A stretch of 64,000 nucleotides of DNA, taken from Heterodontus francisci. Lineage: Eukaryota. Where the stretch lies: NCBI RefSeq assembly GCF_036365525.1, contig NC_090386.1:70949666-71013665 (forward strand), given 5' to 3'. Position 1 is the stretch's first letter. The number at the start of each line of letters is the position of its first letter. Positions 1 through 14,699 of the stretch are shown here, piece after piece. The notes beneath the pieces are model-generated. The model searched no databases and was not told where the DNA came from. It was given only the letters and a program-made list of their open reading frames with translations. The position numbers and the translations under genes are program-made.

Positions 1-3000
1 GCAACGCTCATTCAAATTTTAAAAAGGCAATATCAACAGTTTCTAAATGTTACCAAGTAAGGAAGCTTCTTCAGGAAGAATGCTTAAGTACTTGGAAAAC
101 TTTGTACATCAAACATATACTCATGTGAACAGAAATAAATATTTTCCAAGAAGAATTACACTTTTGCCTCCATGCTAAAACTTATTTCCTTGCAGCAGCT
201 TTTCAACTTTTCCTGAGGTCTTCCTGAAATAATTATTGTTCTATCACAGGCTAGTCTCATCTAACTATGACTAATGCATAGAATTCTTCAATCCCACTCA
301 CACTTCAGGCTAATATATTTAATCATATCGATGATAATATAAGAAATGCTTTTTCAGCAACAAACGCAAGTCCAGGTCTGTTCCATTGACTTTATGTCAA
401 GTCAATACCAAAAATCATTTTTATGTTTGAGAAATGATATACACCAATGATCCTTGGGTGATAGTGTCTCAAATCCTTGGTCAGTTTATTTGCTACAGCT
501 GTGTGAATGCATCCTTTCAATTTACTAATAAAGTTTATCCATTATTTTCAAATAAATCTTCACATTTTATATAATCTAACAAAACCATTAATCGTTAATT
601 GCAGTTAATAGCCATTTATTATTATTCTGATGTACAGTACTTACAACCTTTTGCTCCCCAAGTTCTAGTAAACACGATTAAAATTTCCACGATGCTACAG
701 GCGTACGAAGCATCTTTCAAAATACAAAACACCTTCGCCCATGCTCTCAGCCTCACTGCTGATTGCAAGTTGCAAATTCAAAGGTTGGTTTCACCAAAAC
801 TCCAGCTAGATCTATGAAAAAGTTAAAGCCTCAGAAACATTTATGCACTGGGGTACAAAGTATGGGCTGCAGAAGTCAACTGACACTAAACTGTCAAGTA
901 TTGAACAAATGAACAAACTTGTTCTGGAAAAAGCAACTCATCACATCTCACAGAATCATCACCAAGTACTTCACGAAGAATGAACTACAGCATGCAGTTA
1001 CTGTGGGAAATAAGACTTTGTACTGAATTTTATTTGGTAGATTTGTTTCCTAAATCATTGAAAATACTATTTACAACATCTCTGTTTTCTAGCATATTTC
1101 TGCTTGAAACAGCAGTTTGTGTGCCACTAGCAGAGCATGCTTCACAAGTTAACTAATCTTATAACTGTAAGACTTTACACAGATATTCGGTTAACAAGTT
1201 ACTGTACATTTTAGTAAGTTTTATCATGATTAATTCATTCATTCATTAGCTAACTGAAAGCTTTCCACCAACTGCCTAACTGGCTAGTTCAAAGTAACCC
1301 AAGTTTATCAGCTCAGACAATATCTAAGAAACACCATTTCAATTGTGCAATGTATTTTATGGTCATGCACACTTATCCTTTGTCACAATATCAACAACTT
1401 CACATTGAAATAAGAGTCGACAATCCACTCTTCTGCAGGGGTGGGGGGGGGGGGGGGTGGCGCAAAAAAACAGTTCTGTATGTTATGAATGTTGAATCAG
1501 ACTCCAACACATACTCTCCTTCTAGCACATGAATGTATAACTCAAGCACACATGCTCTGAGTCAATTTCCAGCAAAGTGATTCACAGCAAAAAACACACA
1601 TTGAGAGATTTGGGACGCAAATCTTCCAGATAACATGCAGTACAAAGCTTAGCTAATCTTTTGAGCATTTGAAGATAATTGCTCATATCTTGTTAAAGAT
1701 ACAGTACTCCTCTTATAAGCCTTGATAGTCTGGATTATCAGTCATCAAATTCATAGATAAGTCTCTCTCACCATGTATAATCCTTGTCATAATGTCAAAG
1801 GTGGTTTCTGATGATAAAAAGGTGCTAGAACAGAAAATGAACACTGACTGCAGCACTAAAACTCCATATACTAAAAATACATGTGTTTTCTCGATGTGTC
1901 ATCTCCTGCATCATTAACAAGGATATTTACACACACATTTGTTAGAACACAGGTTTCATTTTAAAAGAATTAATAGTTTCTGAAAGGCAAATAACAGTCT
2001 CTTCAGTTCTACCTATGATAACAGTTCCAAAATAAAGTGCACAAAAATATTTAAGAATCTCAAAAACTAACTTCAAAGGACTACATGTTCACCCAAGCTC
2101 CTTATGACTTTAAAAGGATTCAGTTCTAAATGTATACTTTTCCTGGCAAGTGCTTAGAAATAAAACTTAAACAACCCTTCTCTGTTTAACAGTTGATGTG
2201 CAATATGTAAAAAGCATGCAGTTTACAAATGAGGCGTCTCTTTAAATCACCATACAGCAGATTGAAGAATACTTTGAAGATACAAGCTTGGTCGTGAAAA
2301 GTACTTGGACTATTTCAGCTCATTTATAAATTTGAAATCTGCAGATTTAGATAGAGAAAATCAAATGGAAGAATAAAAGCCAAGATAATTCCACTTTACC
2401 CAAACTGCCTTAAGAAATGATTTCTTGACATGCAAGCACAATGGTTTTTCTCTACAATTTCTTTTCAATTTTGAACGTCAAAATTCAAACCAAACACTTG
2501 GATCCATTTCCAGCAACTTTGTCAATTTTCATTCACACACATGTCTGGCAAACGCCAGAAACAAAAACAAACGAAGAAGAAAATGAAGAATCCAACTTTA
2601 AACTAAAATTTATGAAAATGCATCAAATGCCTCATCCCAATTCATTCTACAACCCTGTTTCTTCTGCATGTTGTTGTAAAGTAAAGAAATTAATTTTAAT
2701 AATCTTACAAGCATATTTTCATAATTAGTATTCAAATAGTTTTAGAAAATTTCCTCCAAATTTTCTGACTTCAAGTAACTGTCCAAATGTTTTGGTAACT
2801 GTAGTTATACAAAGATTCTTTCAAAGAAAAAGAAAATGCCTTCAATTTTCAACTCTACTCCAGATTACAAATTGAAAAGATCACTGTCCGTAAAAACTAC
2901 ACCTCACAAACATGTTAAAACCAACAGTTACTTGAATTTACTAACAGAAAAACAATTACTAATGAATGATTCTTAACTTAGTTTGTAAAATTTTAATCTT

Positions 3001-6000
3001 ACTTACAACAGATAAATCTCTTTGCCTTTTTCATTTCTGTGGTTCTATTATAAGAGCAGTTAAAATGTGTTTCATCCAACACTTGAAAATTCACTTTCAA
3101 TAAATTAATTTTGTAAAATATCTGAATATATATTAATGCTCCATATTTCATTGTTATGTTACTATAGTTTGATGAGCAAAACATCTAAACATCAGGGCAT
3201 ATATGGATTGAAACCATTACGCAGAAGAGTAGAGATTTAGTTACAATCTTTTGTAATAAGTAATAGATATACATCTACTGTTATTTAAAATGCACTATTG
3301 TGTTTTTTAAGATTGGAACTTAACCCAATTTGGAACTTTTAAAAAAAAAACAAGTAATCACTAATATTAACGTTAGAGTTTTAATACCATCAATATTCAA
3401 TGACACAGGTAAAATGTTTACACAGTTCAAAGTTTATCAGATCAAATTAAAAACCAACTCTCTCATAGGCTTATTGTTATACTTTTCCACTGGATTTATT
3501 TCAATTACAATCTAACATCACATTTTAAAAGATACTGCACTTGTGAACTTGACAATTTCTCCACAACTTGCATCGATCAAATGGTCAAATTCTTCTGATA
3601 AAAGCAATTTTATTTAAACATAAAGCTATGCCTTACAATTCTACAACTTTTCATATTTAATCTATATTTGAGACACAAAATAATTTGTTAATTTTTAAGG
3701 GCATTTAATGTTACTTTTTCCTTCATTGTTTCAAAGTTGGTTAAATGCAAATGGTAAGGAGCATCTGTCTTTAAAATCTGTTTCACAAAGTGAAACAGCA
3801 GCAGTCAAAACAAAAAAAAAAATCTATTTCACACTTCATAATATTTAAAAGATAAAAGGGCACACAAAAATTTATTCTGAAACAGATCAATCCCAACATT
3901 TAACACACAAAACTTGTATAATCAATTTTGCAACAAGTTGAAACTTGTTAAAAGTTCCAACATTTGCCAATTTACAGGTACATTACAAGGCATAAAGAAC
4001 TCCAACTAAAATGATTTAAATACGACCCATCGTGTCCTAAAAGACCGAAGAAACCAAACTATATACCATCTTTGATATAACTGTGATATTTCTAAGATGA
4101 ACATCGGGTTTGTGTGTTACAATTTTGACTTTTGGCTCTGATATCATGGCAATTAATCATTCTTTAGAATACAGTACATCTTAACTGTCTTCCTTGTTAT
4201 TCTTCTATTTTCTTCATTGTTTCATGCAAACCTTAAGTTCACATATTCTTGAATCTATAAACTTTGGTTAAGTTAAACTCTCAGATAGGATTTGAACCAT
4301 CACTTTCTCTAGTAAGTTACAAATATTTCGCAATTTCTGCTGAATTAGTTTCCAAAGTAATTTTGATATTTTTATTACTATCTTTTCAAGTTATCATGTA
4401 CACGTTCCATAAAAAATACATTCATCACCTCTGGTGCACCTGATGAATTATTAAGGCTGGCACACTGGGATCTTAAAGAGTAAAAATCTAAAATAAATTA
4501 ATATATTTATTTCCAGTATCCAGAGTTTGATATTACAATTTGTATGTCATACTCATTTCAATGCTATCACATTCTATTTTCACTCAAAAAGTTACATAAA
4601 TTCAATCTCGCACCTTACGTCCTACACACAAACAATTTTCTGACACAAACATTTTCAATTAGTTTGTCAGCAACGACAAATAGTTACCACATCACTCTTT
4701 TTGCAACAGAACAGACACATTTAATATAACATTTTGTTTACTATAAGGAGAGTATACATTCGGATTGTCAGGTAAACATATTACTTATTCATTCTTTCAA
4801 AGCTGTCCTAGGAATATCTTAAGTTGTGAAATTAGCAAGACAAAGCTGACTCCTTAGAAAAATATATATGTAAACACAGTAACAAGTTCTGAAAGTATTA
4901 TATATCTGCAAATCCAAAATATGCATAGCTTTAGTATCAACTGGAATTTGAAAGTTAAAAAAAAATGTTTCAGGTAACATGAGCAAGAGGAAAGCAAACG
5001 TGTCCTATACTCAGGGGCAAATTCTTAAGATTACAACACTGAACTAACGCTAATCGTTACAAAAATGTTCACCTTATATCCATAGTTATTAACATTATTT
5101 AACATTACAGATTAAAATGTTTATTTTTAAGTTTTAAGCTTAAAACAAGTACAACGCGGTTTCCACTGGGTTTCATCAATATTTACAATAGTTGAACACT
5201 AAACATTTATTTTTTTTAAGTAGGCAAACAACTTGGAAATACTACTTTTAAATACCCTATTTCTCTCCAGTTCCCCTTACAACTAAACGAGCTCACGTGT
5301 TACTACACATTCTGGAGTAACGACGAAACAGTTTTCCATGCAATGCAGGACAATATTTGTATCTCTTCAGTGCAATGGTCGATGGAACTCAACGGGGCAC
5401 CAGCGCCAAACAACTCGAGTGTAAACAAGTGCAATAGTTATCCATTTTAAAACAAAACGATAGATTTTTCGTGAAAGATTTTAGTTATCTACATATATTT
5501 TGTCACAGCCCAGCAGCGTGACCACCCCCAACGCCTGACTCACAGCAACAAAACCGTAATATGAGCCACAAAAAATAACTAGTTAATGTTAACCAACTTC
5601 ATAACGTGCAACTTTTAGAAGGGGAGGGGGAATAAATCCTGAAACGTAAAGAGTTTGGAAAACGTCCGATTCCGAAATATTTACCGACTCACAAACGAAA
5701 TTCATAAGTTTAAAACTTTCCAATTCAGAATCGTGACAAAATTCCCTTTCTAAAGAAACTCTCCCCGCAATAAAATTACACTGCATTTCAACAGCGCGGC
5801 GTGAACCATCAGAAGATACAGGATTAGAGACACGAAACTTACTCCCCAAAAGACGTTTTTTTTTTGGATCACGTAATTTAAAAAAAAATCACCAAAAATG
5901 AAGATCTGGCAAAGGGGGGGAAAAAAAACTCTTGTAAATTAGAAAGATTTCTGCAAGTGGGATTTTTACTGCCTTGAAATACTTTGAGGGAGGGCGATTT

Positions 6001-6062
6001 TGACTGGCAACCCCCGCGGAAAAAACTTGAGTGTATAATATAATAAACCCGAGCTAACTCGC

Positions 6063-6097
6063 TCACTCACAACTCACTCTCACACACACACACACAC
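6063..6097. repeat. (CA)n microsatellite with CTCA-type lead-in
   Basis: cacacacacacacaca seen directly. Confidence 0.9.
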
Positions 6098-6187
6098 AAA
6101 CTGCCCAGCAAAACTTCCCAGCACTTCACTAGTCAATTTCATCCCCACAACCCGCACTATTCGTTCCAGCAATCAGCACAAACTCAC

Positions 6188-6335
6188 CGCCGTTGACTCG
6201 GCATCTCTTTCCGATAAGTTTATGCACGCGATCTCCACTTTCCAAATTTTGGAAATTATTTTTCTCTATTTTTCACGGCCTAAAAAAAATTCTTTCCCCA
6301 GCTTCTTTTCAGAAGCCATTGTGCGGAGGATGCTG
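6188..6335 (-). other. Probable first exon of an unidentified minus-strand gene; intron 1 runs toward base 1
   Basis: Consensus donor GCG|GTGAGT at 6188/6187 just downstream of the promoter motifs. Contains a short uORF (MASEKKLGKEFFLGREK*) and an ATG at 6204 open to the splice site (MPSQR...). The TSS position is a guess. Confidence 0.5.
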
Positions 6336-6374
6336 GGAGTGACGTCAGGGGGTTTCGCAACATTGGAGGCTGTT

Positions 6375-6451
6375 GCTGCTGCTGCTGCTGGCGTCCAGGA
6401 GATAAGAGGTGGGCAACTGCAGATACATCCATTCATCCATCCATCCATCCA
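6375..6451. repeat. (GCT)n and (ATCC)n microsatellites in the promoter
   Basis: gctgctgctgctgctg 6375-6390; catccattcatccatccatccatcca 6426-6451. Confidence 0.85.
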
Positions 6452-9400
6452 GCTGCCAGCAAAAGCAAGAGTGCGCAGGGGCCCCTTTAAATGGCATCAT
6501 CTAGCTGCTGCTGCTACTACTACCTTTGTTTTTGGAAGTGGGTACAAGAGAGTGCCTGGCATCCAGACCACAGGGTGCAAAGGAGATGCTTGGAAATTGA
6601 CCTCTGCTCCACGCTGGCGGGGAACATGGACTTTCCATTCAAATGAATATGGGTTAGCAAGTCTTGCTGCTTTTCTTTCTCATCAGTGCTGCCTCTTCTC
6701 CATAAGTTGGACGTGGATAACTGGCACAATGTTGAAGAGGAATGGATGTTGCTCCAGCTGCTCCCATCAGTTGGATATGTTTCTCCACCAAAGACGAAGT
6801 TTATAAGGCAGGAATATTATTTAAAGTTATCTGGATGCTACCTCCTTAATCTATCAATAATAGGAATGAGGAACACAGGTAGGACTTGGATCATTGCTGT
6901 TAAGTCATTGAGCACACTCAATGCAAAAGAGTAGCCAAATGGTCCATTCATTATTAAGGCTGGCACATGGATACAAACTGGCCAAGTCTCACTCATTGGA
7001 AAAGACAGTTTCTCATTATAATTTTAAAATGTAATACATTTTGATGGATGTCAATCTTGAAAGTTAACACAGTTTGGTTTCAGCTGCAATCTATCTCATC
7101 TTTTTGTGGTCATTAATCTCCGTTCTAATGTTTTTTCTCAATGTTCCCAGTGCTGGATACTGTCTTTTAATTGCCTGTAATTGAAAGGCATGGACAGTGA
7201 ATAGAAGCATGTTTTGTCCAAGCAGTGAGGTGAGATATTGCTGGTCTATTACACAAGGAAATAGAATGTGCATTCAAATTACTGACCAACAATTCATACT
7301 AGTTAAACTTGAACATTGATGTTGATTTTTTTTCCTTCCAGTTGTTAAATCACTGACAGACACAGGAATTCTGAGGAGCAGTAGTTGCTGAGGGATATTT
7401 CACTGAAATCAAATTTTCACAATTCCTTGACTGCTGCCCATTTCCTATTAATCTAAACATGTGTTGAAATAAAGTCCAGAAAATAGCAAGAGCACGACTT
7501 CTGCTCCCTTCAAAATACAAGCAATAGATGCATCTGTTCCATTGATGTTGCAGACATACAGACACAATTATTTGCCTGACAATAGCTGGAACATTTAAAT
7601 GGCAGCTACTAGAATATATCGCTCAATGAAATCAGAGGAGTGAATATAATTTGAAAGTGAATGAGTGGACCATTGGACAACAAGTTACTGAGACTGATTA
7701 TCTCATCCACATATGGCTACTTTGTTCTAGGATCTGTGCTTTCCAAATCTGAGTTTGGATACATTTCTACTGTCCATTTGTCAAATTGGAAACTTACACT
7801 AGACAGAGGTGAAATAGATTTTGTTCCTTTCCATGTGCATTATACTGTGCATCAGATGCCTTTCTTGCCTTTCAACAATTGTAGGGATAGATACTGAGGG
7901 ACAGATATTGGAAGGCAGATTATTACTACTTGTTGGTAATTGAAGAAATACTCATAAAACTGTCAACTTGATGTCAATAATGCATGGATAATAGTAACAG
8001 ATTTCTGTTCGATTCCAGAAGTTAGAAGAGAATACTTTGAACTGAAAAGTCAACCGAGTTAATTTTAATGGTACACTGATACTAAGACCCTGTCAATGGT
8101 TGGACCATAGAAATGATACAGTAGTTAAAAAGTGACTGTCAGAGATATACTCAATGGATTCCCATCAATGCATTTCGACAAAATAATGTTTTTTTTTATT
8201 TCAATCTTGTGAAAAGAAAGCAAAGCAATTGCACTGTATGTTTTTATTTAATTTAAAACATGTCATGAAGAAAGAAATTTTCCAAGATTCTTTACAAATT
8301 AGCTACTTTGTTCAAGTTGTTCACCCAGGAAACACTGAAAAATGTATATGTAGACAATCAGTTTTGAAAAATATAATGTCCATCTCTTGGAGCTCTTCAG
8401 TTGAATTATATTACCATTCTATGTCTGAATGGGCTTTAACTGTCAAGAAGTCAGACATGCAGCTTAAATATTTCTTTTTAAGTAATCCTGGTGCTGCTAA
8501 AAAGCTTATTTTATCCACAAATTGGAACAGGTAAAATAAATAGAAAAACTGTGCCTACCCACTGTTTCTGTTTTAAAAAATAAATAATGTTTGTGCTTGG
8601 AGTGCTTTGTGTTTTACAGTCAATTAACATCCTCTCTGTACTAACGCTTTGTCTTTCAACACACCGTTAACATACCGTTTGCCTTTGTTCCATGACCTTC
8701 ATTTGTGGCTATTTGTTGCCATATTTAGACTTTTCTGCTGCGATTTGTTACAATGTTCTAATTTAGTTGTGAGCACCTGGTATCATTTTCTGATTCTATG
8801 TCATGTCTACTTGGTACCATGTTTGAAATCTGTTGCTTTAGGTATTATATTCTCATTCTCTTGTGGGTATTTGGGGCAGAATACCAACTACACACAATAG
8901 AACCAGAATGGATATCAAATGCCTGCAAGAGAAAATGGGAGCTTGTACCAAATACCCACAGTCGAATTTGAACAGAATGCCAAATATCCATTACTGAATC
9001 CAAATATGGTATCAACCAGAAGCAATACCTTACCAAGAACCTACAACATAATTGGAGCCTAATGCCGCATTGAGCAGTTTTGGAATATGGTACTAAATAT
9101 CCCTAGCAATATTGGAATATAGTATTAAATACTCACAACATTATCAGAGTATGCTACTAAATACCCACAACAATTTAAGAATACAGTAATAAATAAGCAC
9201 AACAGTGTTGAAATATGGTATTGAATACTCACAACATGATTGGAATCTGGTATTAAATACAACAGAATCAGAATATGGTACTAAATACTCAACAGTATCA
9301 GAATATGGGTATTAACTTCCCAAAACAGAATTGGAATGTGGTAGTATCTACCCAGAACAGTATTGGAATATGGTACTAAATACTCACAACAGCATTGGAA

Positions 9401-10769
9401 TATGGTACAAAATACGGCAGTATCGGATTCTGTATTAAATACTCACGACAGTATTGGAATATGGTATTAAATACTCACAACAATATCGGAATATGGTATC
9501 AAGTACTCACAACAGTATCAGAATGATACTAAATTCCCACAACATGATTGGAATATGATATTAAATACCCACAACAGTATCAGTATATGGTATTAAATAC
9601 AACAGTATCGGAATATGGTATTAACTACCTAGAACAGATTCGGAATATGGTATTAACTACTCAGAACAGTATCGGAATGTGGTAGTATCTGCCCAGAACA
9701 GTATTGGAATATGGTACTAAATAACCCATGACAGTATTGGAATACGATAGTATCTACACAGAACAGTATTGGAATATGGTACTAAACACCCATGATAGAA
9801 TCGGAATATGGTTCTAAATACTCACAACAGCATCAAACTATGGTATTAAATACTCACGAGTATCAGAATATGGTATTAAATACCAAGAACAGTATTGGAA
9901 TATCATACTAAATACACACAACAGAATCGGAATGTGATGCTAAATACTCACAACAACATCGGAATGTGGTACTAAATACGCAACAGCATCAGAATATGGT
10001 ACTAAATACTCAGAACAGTATCGAAATATGGTACTAACTACCCACAATAGTATCGGAATATGGTACTAAATACTCAACAGTATCGGAATGTAGTATTAAC
10101 TACCCAGAAGAGACTCGGAATATGGTATTAACTACCCAAAACAGTATGAGAATGTGGCAGTATCTACCCAGAACAATATTGGAATATGGTACTAAATATG
10201 ACAGTATCGGAATATGTATTAAATACTCACAACAGTATTGGAATATAGTATTAAATACTCACAACAGTATCGGAGCATGATACTAAATGCCCACAACATG
10301 ATCAGAATATGGTACTAAATAGTCACAACAGTATCAGAGTACGATGCTAAACATAAAATACTAGTAGAATAAAGTACCATCTTCAACGGATTTGGAATAC
10401 GATACCATATATGCACATCAGAACCAAGAGATCACAACAGATACCCACAGCAGAATTGCAGCACAGGACAAAATAACCATAGCACATTAAGCTGTGGTAC
10501 TAAATACCCATATTAGAATGAAAGTATAATTCAAAATAACAGACTTGCTTTGTGCCAAATATATACTACAGAAACAGAAAATGATACCAATTGCCCACAA
10601 TAGAATTAGGGCATTGTAAAAGAATCATCACTAAAGAATCAAAATATGATAACAAATACCCACCACTGAATCAGAAAATTGTACCAAATAGCCACAACAG
10701 AATTAAAATACAGTATGAAATACACATGAATGAGAAAGTAATGCTAAATACTCACAACAGAATCAGAGA

Positions 10770-11140
10770 GGTGATCTAATTGAAACCTACAAAATACTTA
10801 AAAGGATAGACAGAGTAGATGCAGCTAAGATGTTTCCCCTGGTTGGGGAGTCTAGAACCAGGGAACACAATTTCAAAATAAGGGGGAAGCCACTTAGGAC
10901 CAAGATGAGGAGACATTTCTTTACTCAGAGGTTTGTGAATCTTTGGAATTCTCTGCCCAGAGGACTGTGGAAGCTCAGTCATTGAGTATGTTTAAAGCAG
11001 AGATTGACAGATTTCTAAATGCCAATGACATAAAGGGATATGGGGATAGTGTGGGAAAAAGGCATTGAAGTGGATGGTCAGCCATGATCGTATTGAATGG
11101 TGGAGCAGGCTGAATGGCCAACTCCTGCTCCTATGTTCCT
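10770..11140 (+). mobile_element. CR1 LINE 3' fragment
   Basis: ORF2 C-terminus (FFTQRFVNLWNSLP) and CR1 tail ctcctgctcctatgttcct. Confidence 0.85.
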
Positions 11141-12104
11141 AATATTTCAAAATGAAACTCTAAACAGAATTGGAACTTATTAACAAATACCCACAACAGT
11201 AACAGAATTTGGTCACAAATACATAGAGCTCAATTAGTACATGATAAAAAAAAATACCCAAATATCCACAACAGGATCAGAATAGGCTATCACATGCACA
11301 CAACAGAATTAGAAAATGGCACAAAATATCCATCACATTACCAAATCACCACAACAGCATCCGAATATGGGATTAAATGCTAGAATTGGACTGTGTCACC
11401 AAATACCCATATCAGATTCTGAACATTGGAACAAATACCCAAAACAGAATCAGAACACAGAACCATATAATCACAGCAGGATTAGAAGATAGCATAAAAT
11501 GCCTAAAACTGAATCAGAATATGGTACAAATACCAAGAACAAAATTAGAATAAGTACCAGATACCCAGAACAAAGTATTGAATATCCAGAACATAATTAA
11601 AATACTATGTCAAAACCCACAACAGAATAAAACTATTCGTCCAAAATTGACAAAAGAATTTATTTTAAAAATGGAAATACCTCCAATAAAATTAGAATAG
11701 AGAACTGAATACCCACAACGAATTAAAATATACTAGGAAATACAAATCATTCAGAACATGTTCTCAAATAACAACAACAACATTAGAATATAGTACAAAA
11801 TACTCACAGCACATTTGGAATATGGTACCAAGTAGAATTAGAATGTAACACTAGACACCCATAGCAAGTTTCAAGGATAATATGAAATGCCTGGTAAAGA
11901 ATTAGAACATGATACTAAGTAATCAGGGCAGAATCAAAACATTGAATCAATCTCCCATGACAAAATTAGAACATAGTAGCAAATATTCAGAACAGAATTG
12001 GAACATAGACATGAACAGAACATAATTAGAATACCATACTCACTTTCCACAATGGAATTAGAACAAAAGACCAAATATACATACAAAAGCCACACACACT
12101 GTGG

Positions 12105-12205
12105 ACCCTGGAAATCTGAAATAAAAACTGAAAATACTCAGCAGGTCTGGCAGCACCCGTGGAGAGAGAAACAGACTTAACATTTCAGGTCAATTTCATC
12201 AGAAC
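12105..12205 (-). mobile_element. Penelope-like element terminal fragment (degenerate)
   Basis: Matches the ggaaatctgaaataaaaac...cagcaggtctggcagca terminal segment also at 22.5, 27.1 and 28.7 kb; minus strand retains CTGATGA...GAAA. Confidence 0.7.
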
Positions 12206-12719
12206 CAAAAACATAGGATAGAATCAGATAATGGCACCTATTGTCCTCTGACAGAATGAGAACATAATGTCAAATTGTTACTACATGATCAGAATATGGC
12301 ACTAAGTACTCTCAATACAGTTAGAGTATGGTGGCCAAAATCAAGCATAGAATTGGTACATAGCACCACATTCACATAACAACAATGGACATCAGAAAAC
12401 AACACTAACTATCCACAACAGAATGACAACATAGTCGCAGAATTGGAATTGGAATGTGCTGCCAAATGTCCACAGTAGAATTAGAATATGATACCATATA
12501 CTCAGCACAAATTTATAATATGCAGGAAGATGCCAATAATTGAAAAGAATGTGTCAGTAAACATCATATAATATAGTAGGAAATAAGTGCAACAGATGTG
12601 GGTTATGGTACAGAATAGGAACAGAATTGTAAATGGATGCTGAATATCTGAAAAGTTTAAAATATAATAGAAATTGCAAATAGAATTGTAATTTGATACC
12701 AGCTATCATAGAATCATAG

Positions 12720-13215
12720 AAAGCTTCAGAGAGGGCACAGAAGAGATTTACTGGAATGGTTCTAAGAATGCGGGATTACAGTGACATGGATAGACTGGAG
12801 AAGCTGGGCTTGTTCCCCTCAGAGCAGAGAAGGCTAAGAGGAGATTTGATGAGATGTTTAAAATCTTGAATGGTTTAAAAAGAGTGAATAAAGAGAAACT
12901 GTTTCCAATGGCTGAAGACTCAATAATGAGAGGGCACAGATTTGAGGTTATTGATGAAAGAGACAGAGGTGACAGAAGGAGAAAGTTTTTTTACACAGCA
13001 AGTGGTTAGGTTTAAAATGATACCCTGATAGGGTAGTGGACAAAGATTCAACAGGAGCCTTCAAAAGGGAATTGGATAAATACTTAAAGAAGAAAAAATA
13101 GCAGGGGTATGGGGAAGGAATGGGGGAATAGGTTTAACTGAATTGCTCTTCGAAAGAACTGCTGCAGTCTTGATGGACCAAATGGCCTCCTTCTGTACTG
13201 TATTATTTTATGATC
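12720..13215 (+). mobile_element. CR1 LINE 3' fragment
   Basis: AQKRFTGMVL...RLEKLGLFPSEQRRLRGDL motif and CR1 tail. Confidence 0.85.
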
Positions 13216-14699
13216 ATATTACCAAAATGTTTGAGCAAGGAACTGAGCGATGCATTAGGTTAACTTCCCCCAAAAAGGCTGGCTATAAATCCAGCCCAGA
13301 CAGATAAGATGGAAGTCTGCTCTCTCTGCTGGGCATAATACCAAATTACTACAACACAAGTACATGAATACAATTTGAAAATCTGAATATAGGCAAAATT
13401 GGAACAAATGCATAGTCTGAACATTGTTGCAATGTGATGTAGATTACAAATAATTGTACAAAATTAAAACAGAATTGGAACCTACTGAATACACCCATAA
13501 CAGAATTAGATTTTCTTTTTTCATTCTGAACTGCTCTGCCGTTTCATCATAAATCTGTGCTTGTGTTTAGAAGCAGGTCCAAAACCACAAGAGAAGGTAA
13601 TAAAACAAGGAATATGTTTTATTTTGACATTAGCTCAGATGGCCCACGAGTTTGCCTGTCATTTTCTTCTGTTTCAGCCATGATCTTGTCGAATGGCGGA
13701 GCAGGCTCAAAGGGCTAAATAGCATACTCCTGCTCCTATTTCCTATGTTCTTCTGTTTAATTTTGTGCTTGTGCGACTTTTAACAGGAATTTAAACTTTA
13801 ATCCTATATACAGTAGTGGTGCACAGGTCGTTCTCTTAAGGCAGCAAATTTATCTAATAGCTATGATTGTGCTTTACTTTGTGTTTTGAACTGAAATTTT
13901 ATTCCTAATCGGAAGAAGCCCTGTTTTTCATTTTTAGAACTGATTTTTAGTGCTGATGTGAATTTAATCATCAGGAATTTATTTTCAGAAAAAAATTGTC
14001 TTAAGAGTTCAGTTTTCGCATTCCAAGCATTGTAATACCAGAATAACTAATCTCAATATAGACACAGTGCATTTCACTATATACTTTGGTACATTTCAGG
14101 GACAGTTTGTGTTTCTCCATAAAACATACAAATGATTTTATGCAATGTTTGTTCTGCTTTGTGTGATGTATGCATTGCATCATACAGCATGCCTGAGAAC
14201 CACCTCACCAGCTGTGTGTTTTCTTCTGATCTTATGTGCAAAACTTCTGAAGTGCTTTTCAGCTATTCTTCCAGAAACTAGTCACAGACCTTAGCAAAAT
14301 AGCTGATATAACATACAAACATAGAGAATTGGCGGGCAAGAAAAGACTATCTGGTCCTTCTAATCTCCCCACAACAGGAAGGCTGGATTATCATGGCTAA
14401 ACACTTCTTCCCATCCTTCCACCTCCCACCCATGCCTGTAGCCATGTAATCTCCTGGGAGAGTCAAAATAAAAAGGAAAAAAACAGGGCCAATAAGGGAA
14501 AAAAATACGCTGGAGAATTCCTGTCTGACCCCCTCGGGCAGTTGGAATGAGTTCAGAAGTTCACATGGAACAAGTGTTATTTATAAAGACACTTACCTTC
14601 TATATGATAACACAGATAAATATACTTGTGTGATATTTTCATTCATTTATTCTTCCCCAATTGTTTGGGATAGAATAAATATACTAAATATTAAAACTA

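Larger units (their letters stand above)
5150..6620. promoter_or_regulatory. CpG-enriched promoter region
   Basis: CpGs are visibly denser than in the AT-rich flanks. Perfect CRE TGACGTCA 6340-6347, C/EBP-like TTTCGCAA 6353-6360, inverted CCAAT 6362-6366, ZNF143-like TCCCAGCATCC and YY1-like CAATGGC on the minus strand (~6315-6339), TGCGCA at 6472. Confidence 0.7.
8870..13510. repeat. 32-bp minisatellite array, consensus ~ACAACAGTATCGGAATATGGTATTAAATACTC; homogeneous core 9090-10340, degenerate flanks
   Basis: Period 32 measured (ACTCAC at 9441 and 9473); shorter ~28-bp variants; interrupted by CR1 and Penelope fragments. Confidence 0.9.

Noticed and set aside
1438-1460. Poly-G / G-quadruplex
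   Set aside because: Simple homopolymer with no supporting context; length is unreliable in assemblies.
6222-6806. 194-aa plus-strand ORF
   Set aside because: Runs through promoter motifs and microsatellites; no recognisable domain.
9090-10340. CRISPR-like array
   Set aside because: Units are directly adjacent with no unique spacers, there are no cas genes, and the context is vertebrate; it is a minisatellite.
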